Part shown: in pieces, positions 13,675-24,459 of the stretch
Layout: every line of letters starts with the position of its first letter
Numbering within the stretch: the stretch's first letter is position 1
Assembly: GCF_001194135.2 (NCBI RefSeq)
Contig: NC_068984.1
Coordinates: 146,110,520-146,174,519 of the forward strand
Reading direction: 5' to 3'
From: Octopus bimaculoides
Lineage: Eukaryota
DNA length: 64,000 bases
Notes under the pieces: model-generated
The model's database searches: none
What the model was told of the DNA's origin: nothing
The model's input: only the letters and a program-made list of their open reading frames with translations
Position numbers and translations under genes: made by a program

Positions 13675-14268
13675 NNNNNNNNNNNNNNNNNNNNNNNNNN
13701 NNNNNNNNNNNNNNNNNNNNNNNNNNNNNNNNNNNNNNNNNNNNNNNNNNNNNNNNNNNNNNNNNNNNNNNNNNNNNNNNNNNNNNNNNNNNNNNNNNNN
13801 NNNNNNNNNNNNNNNNNNNNNNNNNNNNNNNNNNNNNNNNNNNNNNNNNNNNNNNNNNNNNNNNNNNNNNNNNNNNNNNNNNNNNNNNNNNNNNNNNNNN
13901 NNNNNNNNNNNNNNNNNNNNNNNNNNNNNNNNNNNNNNNNNNNNNNNNNNNNNNNNNNNNNNNNNNNNNNNNNNNNNNNNNNNNNNNNNNNNNNNNNNNN
14001 NNNNNNNNNNNNNNNNNNNNNNNNNNNNNNNNNNNNNNNNNNNNNNNNNNNNNNNNNNNNNNNNNNNNNNNNNNNNNNNNNNNNNNNNNNNNNNNNNNNN
14101 NNNNNNNNNNNNNNNNNNNNNNNNNNNNNNNNNNNNNNNNNNNNNNNNNNNNNNNNNNNNNNNNNNNNNNNNNNNNNNNNNNNNNNNNNNNNNNNNNNNN
14201 NNNNNNNNNNNNNNNNNNNNNNNNNNNNNNNNNNNNNNNNNNNNNNNNNNNNNNNNNNNNNNNNNNNN
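13675..14268. other. Assembly gap
   Basis: Run of N. Confidence 1.
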
Positions 14269-15549
14269 CGAAGGGTCAATCTGAAAGAGTAGTATCCACT
14301 ATTTTCCTCCTCCACAGCATACGAACTTATTCAAAGTTAGAAACTACACCTTCAAAAATAATCTCTCTCTGATTGACAGAAAGGCACTTGCTAACAATGG
14401 AACAGTCACTTAAATCCAGAAATATTCCACACAAACGTTTAATATGAGGATGATAATGATGATGATTAACATAGGCATTGGTATCATGCAGAAGTGTACA
14501 TACAAGAGGTTATATAATAAAATAGCAGAGACCAGGCTGTAATATAAATATATATCAAAATGTGAAATAATTATTATGAGGTATTGTATAATAATGATAC
14601 AGAAGTCTCTAATGAAGTGGACGGCAAGCAAGATGTTACAAAGGACTTATAGTGATACAGTCAATAGAAATAAAGGTGATACAGTATTATGTATATATAT
14701 CATCATCATCATCGTTTAAAGTCTGCCTTCCATGCTGGCATGGGTGGGACGGTTTGACAGGAGCCAGCCAGGCAGAAGCCTGCACCAGACTTCTGTCACT
14801 GTTTTGGCAGGATTTTTACAACTGGATGCCCTTCCTAACGCCAACCACTCAGCAGAGTGGACTTAGTAATGCTTTGGGTAAAAGAAAGAATTTGCATTTT
14901 TTCAAGATATTCTACCAGTTTCAATGACTTCAAAAGGTGATATAGAAAGTATGTTTGATAAGCAGGAAAACGGAACTGAAAAGCTGGATTGAAGTGCCAG
15001 TGCACGAAACTGTCAGCCATTGAGTCACTTTGTAACTTCTGCTGATCATATATATCGCAAATATGTTTGACAGGATTACATGTCAATGGAATTCAAAAGG
15101 ATTTTCTGCAATTAACTATATGACTGTATGATTGACTGTTGTCATCAACAGGTGAGTACAAGATTGAGACGACTGTTGGCCATAATAATGTTGAGTCTGC
15201 AAATTTTGGGATGTGTAATCCTGTCTAGTTTACAAACGCTAAACATATAAATGCATCGGACAAGACTGACACATTTCTAACATGACGGTGCAATGAGCGT
15301 TTTTATATTTACAAACCATCAAATATAGAAGGAAGGAATGGAGTAGCTGCTATTTCATTTATACGCATTCCATGATTTACAGTTGTTTCAATTTGTGTGT
15401 GACAAATTAAACATAATGTATATAGACATTGATATATTCATGTCCACTATGTAATACATATTACATAATAGCCTTCACAGTCATTTAATCATAACCAAAC
15501 AAATATAATACATAGTACACATATATATACATACATATATATCTTCAGA

Positions 15550-15895
15550 ATTACGGGGATGTACTTGCATAGCAAGTGACCTGATCTGAGATCGTGTGCT
15601 GGAATGAAAACAGTTGCAGCGTGGAAGTTGTTTATAAGCCATTTAAAACACATAAAAACCATTAGATTCATTTCAATATTTAAATTTAATTTGCCAAAAT
15701 ATTTTCATCGCTTTGAGACTGCGACCTGTTCCCTGATAAAATTGAGATGCAGCATGGAATTTTGTCAGTAAACAGGTCGCGGTCTCAAAGCAACGAAAGT
15801 GTTTTGACAAATTAAATTTAAATGTTGAGGTGAATCTAACGGTGTTTGTGTGTTTTTAAATAGCTTATAAACACCTTCCATGCTGCAATTGTTTT
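15550..15895 (+). repeat. Foldback repeat (unique head plus about 140-bp inverted arms)
   Basis: Head ggggatgtacttgcatagcaagtgacctgatctgagatc then ttgcagcgtggaag...ctgataaaatt / aattttgtcag...ttccatgctgcaa; second copy 35685-35995, partial inverted head near 2590-2650. Confidence 0.8.
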
Positions 15896-16294
15896 TATAT
15901 ATATTCATATTTAGCAGAAGCAACAGAGTGACTCCAGATCCACTTCATGCATTAACACTTGTCAAACTAGTCATAGATGGAGAGGCTATAAATTTATGTA
16001 ATGGTAATAATGGTTTTTCCCTCTAGATAGTTCTGGAATGCCATGTGGAAAATTCATGTTTTTCAAATATTTTTCCGATGTTGCCGGTTCGATATGTTTT
16101 TATGATTTATTCCAGAACTATCCAGGGAAATACCATTGTCACTGCTATATAAATTTTGTAACCCTTTGAGTCGTTTGATAAGTGCTGACACACGAAACTC
16201 TGAGTCACTCTGTTATTTATGCTCGATATTAATAAAATATAGATACTCATCCTTTCAGTTCTACTTTTTTTGCTTGCATTGCCAAACTTATATA

Positions 16295-16335
<41 letters not shown>

Positions 16336-16360
16336 ATATATATGTATGTATGTATGTGTC

Positions 16361-16400
<40 letters not shown>

Positions 16401-17570
16401 AGGTTTTGATATTAAACACTAAACCCTTGTAAATGTTAATTTGAGGTTGAAAAAGAACAAACCATTTATCTCTTGATTACAGGTGAGATGAGCAACTTTT
16501 GCTTAATTTGCACAAGAAAACAGTGCAAAGTCAGTGGGAATTGAATGGTATATTTGTCCCACACAAAATGGTTTGATGGCTTTATTGTTCTTTCTCAGTC
16601 TAAAATTATTTATAAACGTTTGTTGGTTATATACTAATTCATATTTATGTATGCATATATATAAAATTTATATAAACAATATTATCACAAAAAATATTGG
16701 TAAAAACACTTGTTTTCTCCCCAAGAATTCTGTTTTATTCTGAGAATTTATTTTTGTTCTTAAAAAAAAAAAGTGACAAATACAACCCAACACCATTCTC
16801 TTCTTATCCCCCCCCCACACACAAACACACACAAAATTACTTTTCTTGTTATGTTTGACTGGAAGTCTTTTAAATAACATCTTGTGAAAATTAAGTTTTA
16901 CTTTTATAAATATTCTTTCATCAACCCTCTTTGTAGATTCTTGATTCATTTTCCTTTTTCTACTTTTTCTATTCTTTTTTTTTTCTTTCATGCTGTTCCA
17001 GTCTTCCCCCTCCCTCTGACACAGACCCTTCTTCCACTTCAGGGCAATACTGAGGGTCGGGGCCCGGTGTAACTTGCTGGTCAGCCGTGCTCCTGTAAGA
17101 TTTGTGGCATCAAAAATAGCTGCTGAATGTTTGTGTGCCACACACAGATCCAACAATGTGGATCATGAAAGGCTTCTCTCTTGCCAAGAACAACCACTAC
17201 ACATCCTGGCATGCAACGGCTGTCATGTTGCTTCAACCAAGACCAATTCTGTTGGAGTACATTTACCCATGCTGGTGGCATGTAATAAGCACCATTCAAG
17301 TGTGAGTCAATGCCAATGCCACCTGACTGGCTCCCCGTGCTGGTGGCACATAAAAAGCTCCATCCAAACGGGTGTTATGCCTTTGGCAAAATGTTGGGCT
17401 CAGTGACTTAGGTTCATCTTCCACAGACATCGACATGGTCCCACAGTATTGAATCTAATCAACTAGGAACAGGCATGGCTGTGTCGGGAAGAAGTTTGCT
17501 TCCCAACCACAGTTTTGTGTTCAGTCTCCTTAGAGGAGCAATCAGGTACCTCATAGTTATTAAGTCACAC

Positions 17571-18133
17571 GGATCTATTTTAAAACGGGGCCACATTTTT
17601 CATTCATGTTTTACGTAGTGTTTTTGGTACCGAAAGACTTTCAAACTTCGTATACTTATCTATTTTGTGTTATAGAACAGAAATATATTTTTGTATTCGA
17701 ATTTATTTCATGTAAAAAAATTGTCTTATTTCGATAATTTCAACCAATCACTGACAAGTATTCAGTTGTTTACATTTACTCCTTTGGCTGATTAAGCGAT
17801 GTAAAGCGTATTTAATCTCCATACCTTCGTTTTATTTGCTTTTTTCATTTTAAATTTGCTTTCACCCTAACCCTAACCCTAGGGTTAGGGTTAATTGTTT
17901 CAGAATCGTTTGTTTATGTAGTCGGCACTTAATGTATATCGGCTGAATGGACGTCAGTGATTGGTTGAAATTACAGAAATACGACAACTTTAACATGGAA
18001 TAAGTTATAGATTTCTTTTTTTTTTTAAGAAGACTAAGAGAAAAAGATGTTTTATATGACACATTCTACCAGTGTTCCAAGTTTCAAAGTGTTTCGTTAA
18101 TGAAAAATGTGGCCCCCGTTTTAAAAAAGATCC
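17571..18133. mobile_element. Non-autonomous TIR element (MITE) with 8-bp TSD and internal inverted repeats
   Basis: TIRs ggatctattttaaaacggggccacatttttcatt / aatgaaaaatgtggcccccgttttaaaaaagatcc; TSD agtcacac at 17563-17570 and 18134-18141; inner IR 17738-17770/17943-17972; central (CCCTAA)/(TTAGGG) palindrome. Confidence 0.85.
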
Positions 18134-19007
18134 AGTCACACCACATGTGCACAACCTGCTTTTACACGAGAAGTGAACGTAAGTGGCATACGAAATTCTC
18201 TTGTACATTTTAATTTACCTTCTACAGATGGAATGGGACAAAGCAAGGTAATATGTCCTCATTCTTCATTTATGGACTGCTTCAACCGAAGCATGTTGTG
18301 AAGCGAACTTCTTCACCTCACAGCCACATCTGCACCTATTATGTTGTGTGGATATGTGTGATTGTTGGTTTTGGATGCCCTTATTAACATCATTTACACA
18401 AAGATGGTGATGCTGTTGCGTTCACCTGTAAACAAAAGTACTTTGAGGACCAGTAAAATAAAAGATAATTTATATGAAAACAAGAAAGGATTGGCAACAG
18501 AAAGAGATGTGACAGGGAAAATTTGCATTGATAACTCCTCCAACCCATGCCAGCATGGAAAAACACACAAAAGAACATAAAAACAATCCTGTTGATGACA
18601 TCCTCTTTTCTGTTCTTAGATAAGTAATCGAGTTTATGGAACCCTTGGATAAGGGACTGCAGAGACTATGTGAAATCAGATGGTGAACATTGATTTCTTA
18701 AGCAAGGCTCTCAGTCCTTTTACTGAAAGATACTTTTCCCATCACTAACTCTCTTAGTTACCACTTACAATATGCTTCCTTCAATAGCATTTAAACTGAA
18801 TGTTTTTTTACACCATTTATTAGAAATTTCCTATTAGAAATCAAAAGTTTGAGTTCACACCCAGCATAGGGAAGCGTGTGTGTGTGTGATTAGGTCCTCA
18901 AAGTTTGAACCAAGCAAAACATAGAATAAGACATAAAGCAGATGATGGTGGAAGATAAAAGTGTGGATAATTTGATTTATCATCATTATTGTTATTATTA
19001 TTATTAA

Positions 19008-19218
19008 CCCTTTCGTTACCAAACCAGCTCTGGCTCTGAGTACAAATGTCTTGTTTTCATTAGTTTTGAATTAAAATCTTCCACCAAACTTTAGTCACAA
19101 TTTATGTTCCTAACACTTGCTTAATGATAACTAATTTATTTTACTAAATTCTTTGTTATATTTAAAGTAATTGAAAGAAACCTGACAGCATCTCAACAGG
19201 AATATGGTAACGAAAGGG
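19008..19218. mobile_element. piggyBac-like MITE
   Basis: TTAA|ccctttcgttacc...ggtaacgaaaggg|TTAG; homologous to 27067-27253. Confidence 0.8.
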
Positions 19219-19219
19219 T

Positions 19220-19435
19220 TAGGGCAGTGAGCTGGCAGAATTGTTGGCATGCTGGACAGATGCTTAGCGGTATTTTGTCTGTTGTTACATTCTAAGTTCA
19301 AATTCCAACTTTGACTTTCAGGGTTGATTAATTATGTACCAGTTACGCACTGGAGTTGATGTAATCGACTTACCTCCTCCTCACAAATTTCAGGCTTTGT
19401 GCCTATAGCAGAAAGGATTATTATTATTATTATTA
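19220..19435 (+). mobile_element. tRNA-derived SINE, family with gcctttcatcctttc core and (TTA)n tail (representative)
   Basis: gagctggcagaat...gttcaaattcc...ctttgcctttcatcctttc...aagtaccagtt...; related copies near 1715, 10815, 11060, 13020, 19815, 21545, 26985-27880 (interrupted), 44380, 46820, and on minus near 2985, 53030, 61950. Confidence 0.8.
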
Positions 19436-22139
19436 TAGTTCCCTATAAACCCATGAAATAGAGAGGATCAAAGTAATAATGTATACATTTTTTAATACAT
19501 TCCTTCACACTTGAATGCAAAGGCCATTCTCTGCAGGATTTGGTCTTCAACATTTTCTCTCTATAGAAGAGGAATTAGATGCAGTGTGGTCTGGTCATGT
19601 GATGTGTCTGATCGTCCACTGACATCATTTTGAGCTGGATATGTTTTTACACACACAGTCTATCGGGTTAAAGTTGTTCTCCAAGACAAAAGCAACAAGT
19701 ATTATTCACTTTTGAGTACAGGAACATGTTGGTAAAGAATATACAAATTATCAGAGTAATCCATCTCAGAAATGTAGGTTTATTTTACTGTTTATTATTA
19801 CTGATAAACTGTTTTCTGCTGAGGTTGACTTTGCCTTTCATCCTTTCAGGGTTGATAAAATAAGTACCAGTTGTGTACTGGGGTCAATGTAATTGACTAT
19901 CCCTCTCCCCTGAATTGCTGGCCTTGTGCCTATAGTACAAAGGATCATTACTGACTAACTGTGTTACATGGTTAAAATCCATTCTTTGGATTCTTTTCTA
20001 CAATATTTCTTAGAATAATATTTGTTAATTTCATAAAGTTCATCTCACTACAGTTTTGCCTTTTTGTGTTGGTACCCAGGGCCAGCCCTTGGGTTGCTGG
20101 CACTTTAAAACTTTCCCAAGGAGAGAAACTGGAAATGTAGACATGGTGCTCCAGGTGACTGCCAAAGTTGCCAGTACCTTAAGCCGGCTCTGCTAGTACC
20201 ATGTAAAAAGCAACCACAACATTCTGTAAAATGGTTGGCATTAGGAAGGGCATCCAGCTGTAGAAACCTTGCCAAAGCAGAAACTAGATTGTGATGATGG
20301 CGATACATAATTGTAAGAGCTTCTGAAATTTAAAGAAAAATATTGTGAGTGAGAGTTGTCAAGAATTTCTACTGATTTCTATAGAATAGTCAACAGAAGT
20401 GCTTGGAGCAATGTCTGTGACACAAACTGATGTGCAGGGAGAATGCTGGAGAGGAAGGGATTCCAGTGGAATTGCACATTCTGGGAGTTGAGAAACAGTA
20501 AGAATGACTGAAGTGATTCAATGGACTGAAACCAGCAAAAGAATGGAAAAACATTCACCAGTCATTTCTCATTTCCTAGGAGTTTTCTCTCACAGTAATC
20601 AATGACCGCAAGTTTATTGACTTCACTAGAAACTCAACAATCTAAGAATAATGGTCAGTGCCAGGAAGGGCATCTGGTCATCGAATGTTGCCTCAGCAAT
20701 TCTCGTCCAATTCACATCAGCAATGAAACGATGGACATAGAAATAATGACGACCATGATTTCAGCTGATTGAATCGGTTGAGTGCATATTTTTGCTGAGA
20801 TGCTACCAATTACAATTGTGCCATGCATCTTCTCTTATCAACTCTTGTGATCGACATTTCTATATCAAAGCAGATTGTTAAACAGACATGGCAGAACATG
20901 TCTTATAGATAACGCACCAAAACTCACCATCAAACATGAGCTGATGGAGTACGCCACAGTGAAGCAACATCACAGCATCGTATATCCACTTAGTAGCATG
21001 ATTGGATTTCTTCAATAGCAATGTGATCATCACCATAAAGAGTGCCACGTATTTGGATTGAACATAGAATGGTCTGTTAAGGAAATTAATGGTTATGTTT
21101 TAGCATTCAGGTGAGCAATGTATATAAAATGTCACTGAAAATTGTGGAAACCAGAAATGAAATTGGACATGGAATTTTTCTATGAGGAAACCATAAACAT
21201 TACTCTCATTTCTTCTCACTTAATAAATCCAAGGTATTGTAACCAGGTAAGATATTTTTTTGTTCTTCCAGTATAATTCCATTCACATCTTGATGACTGC
21301 ATTTGATAGCATAAAAGACGCACGGGTATAGTAGACTCATCAGAATTTCAGCAGTGCTTGTTCAAGAAGCGGGACCAGGGACAAAATTGGTTTATGAGAG
21401 GCTTTATTTCACATATAGGACCTAAGGTGATTTTTTTGAGAAACAAAAGTGTTTCTTATATGCAATCCAATACCATCATTTATAGCAAAAATTAAATGGA
21501 GCCAGGATTCTGAGTGGTAATTTATTTCATCAATATTTTGGAAAAATCCTTACCACGTTGGTCAAAATGCTGAGCAGCATTTCATCCAATTTGACATCCC
21601 GAATTCAAATTGCACCAAGGTCTACTTTGTTTTTCATCCTTTCAGGGTCAACAAAATAAAGGTACTTTTTGGTTATCTCACTCCCATTAAAAAATTGGAT
21701 TATCTCCCCACTAAAAAATCGAGTGGCGACAAGAGATTAAAAGAGTTAGATCCTTTTGATTCAATACTTTAACACATGGCCTCCTCAATAGGAATGGAAT
21801 GATTTGTTGCAAAAATGTTATTAGATTCAGTAAGATGCTTAATTTTTTTCAGTTTTCATGTTTATTAACTTTTTCAGTTTTGTATGATTTGTTATAAAAA
21901 TATCATCAGATTCAACGTTTAATTTTCTCGTTTTCCATATTTATTAATCTTTTTTTTTTTAGATTGACAATTTTTTTAGTTTGGGGAGATAACCAAAAAA
22001 GTACCAAAACAAGCAGACCCTGTACCAAAATTTGAAACCGATATTTTGCACATGTCAGTTCAGTTGTGAGCGACTTGAAAAAAAAAACCCGAAAACTTGA
22101 AAAGTTCTAAGTAGATAAATGTTTGGTAAACTCAAGCAA

Positions 22140-23200
22140 ATTAACGTGAAAAGAAAACGTTTATGTTTAGAAGAGGGGAAGAATTAAGACTTGTCATTCG
22201 TTATACAGTGATGCCGCGGTGTTAGTGGAAATGTTTAAAAAGGTAATTGTTTTCATTATTCACCGTCTTCGTTTCTTAGTAACGCCCAGTCATTATTTAT
22301 GTCGTTGTTCCGTTTGCTTTAACCGAAGCATTTAAAGGTATTCAATTACTTTCTTCTTCTTTAATGTAATATTGGCGTTAAACACATTACAGTGACGGAC
22401 TTGGGCCAGAACTGAATCCAAATTGTTTTCACCATTTTAGTAACAGACAAAAAAGGCAGCGCTTATGACTATTATTTTCCGAGTCTAAGAGACTCAGCAA
22501 CAGAGGCAGTTATAAAGAAACAGGAAAGCTGACTCTAAGACATGTTTCTTGGTGTGAATTCTATCATAGAATTCTAACAGATAAACTTCAGACGAATTCC
22601 AATTTTATTTTATTTATTCTTTGCCTTCTGAGGCTGGAAAGTTGTCTTTAAACTTTGTCTTTCATACAAACTCCGTCAATTATTTCAAATATAATCCTTT
22701 CTATGTAAAGCATAAAATATCAGCGCATGAATGTTACTGAATGTTATTTTTATAAATTTTCCTTTCTGGCCGAAGTAGTTGTTGTTTAGTCCCATTGTTA
22801 TCCACTTGGTATTCCGTCTTTTATTCAAACATAGTATATCTAGACCTACTTAACCCAACCTGTCCATTTTTTTTTTAAGGCGGTAGGGTGTGCTTCAACC
22901 TCTGCCTCTCGTGTCTCGTGTCACACGGGATATGTCTTTCCCTGTTGTCCATGTATCATTCTTGATACACATTCCTGTTTCTTTTTCTCTCAACCACGGA
23001 GTAACTCGGGACTTCTGAGAGGAAAGCTTTATATTTCTGTGGACATGAAACAGGAGCTGATTAGAAGTCTGAAAACAAACATGGACCTTTACGACAAACT
23101 TATGAAATTGTTTCGGACAAGTAAAGGGCTCAGAGAGCATTGCTGTTTATTTGTTTAAAGCAAACGACTACGTAGACGCTCTTTCACATTGCTTTACTGC
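22140..23200. promoter_or_regulatory. Candidate promoter region upstream of the LKAAEAR1-like gene
   Basis: About 1 kb without recognisable repeats and visibly richer in CpG than its surroundings; no direct TSS evidence. Confidence 0.3.
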
Positions 23201-23588
23201 ATTTGAAGCAGTTCACTTTTGTAAAGGAAAAGAAAAACAAGTCCTCTCTCCCTCCATGTTGTCCAGCCACACTTTGGATAGACACGTGTCAGTTAGACTC
23301 TTAATATTTCAGTTACAGTTTTCGTTTCCATCAAAATCTCCTCTGCTGTGTGTTAGTAACAACCTCGGTTGAAACATAAGAATTGTCAAAAGTCAATGTT
23401 TCAACTTATGATATTCACTCGACTATGAACTTAAGACGCATTATTTCCTTTTTTTTTTTTTCTAGTAAGATTGCTGGTGGGGGAACAGTGCCCATACCCG
23501 TCCCTCCAAAAATATTGTTACGGTAAGAAGTTCATTCATATGAATGACTTCAATAAACTTTCAATTATTTATCAGTTTTATCTATCTA

Positions 23589-24290
23589 CAGAAGGGGTGG
23601 GGTGCTGAAAAGTTCCTGGTTTTAAGGATAGAGCTGTTATCATTACAGGGGAGGTAGGACAACTATTTAGGAGAGGATCTGCAAAAAGTTCTTTATGGTA
23701 TACAATATATCTTTCTCTTTTTTGTCGATTTAATGCATGATAGCAGCTTCTACAGTTGATTTTGGTAAAACTGAAGCATGTGCGGTCATGTTCCTTTTTT
23801 TGCAAGGCTGAGAAGTGGTAGAAATCCATGGTGAGATGAAGAAAGTTTTGAAGGGTGGCCACCCATCTTGCTCCACAATGAAAATCTGGGTGTCAAGGTT
23901 TCAGACTGGTCATTTTGAGGTCACAAATGAACCCTGGTCAGGAGGGCAGCCATCTTCCGCAACGACAGAGGACAAAGCTGACACTGTACATCTCACGATT
24001 CTTGAGGACTGCCAGAGTCTCAGCTAAAACCATGGTTGGAACTCTGGGGATTTCCTGCAAAGGGATTGGCCATATCCATTCACAACATTCTGGATATGAG
24101 AAAACTTTCATGAAAATGGGTGTCAAAATGTCTGAATGCAGATGAGAAGCACATCAGACAGACAACACCAAGGAGGTTGTGGACTGGTTTGCAGTGGGGG
24201 AGGCTGATTTTATGGCTCTTTTAGTCACCATAGATGAAACTTGGCTTTATCATTATGATTGCCAGACCAAGCAGCAATCAATGGAGAGGT
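23589..24290 (+). mobile_element. Degraded mariner (Tc1/mariner) transposon, 5' part
   Basis: TA + TIR-like ggggtgctgaaaagttcctgg; VEIHGEMKKV...STMKIWVSRFQTG (HTH) and FMALLVTIDETWLYHYDCQTKQQSMER (first catalytic D motif); frameshifts; no right TIR seen. Confidence 0.85.
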
Positions 24291-24459
24291 ACCAATAGTT
24301 GGGCTATTTCTGCAGTGAACTGGAGCAACATGAAAAAAAGTGTCTTGCTCAAGAACACAATACACAGCCCAGTCTGGGAATCAAACTCACAATCTTGTGA
24401 TTATGTGCCTGATGCCCTAACCATTGAGCCATGTGCCTTCAAAAATAAAAATATATATT

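Noticed and set aside
13653-14315. Long ORFs across the first gap
   Set aside because: Artefacts of N runs
22895-23150. Short ORFs in the putative promoter (81 aa minus; MKQELIRSLK... plus)
   Set aside because: No recognisable homology and no phase-compatible splice into the LKAAEAR1 coding frame
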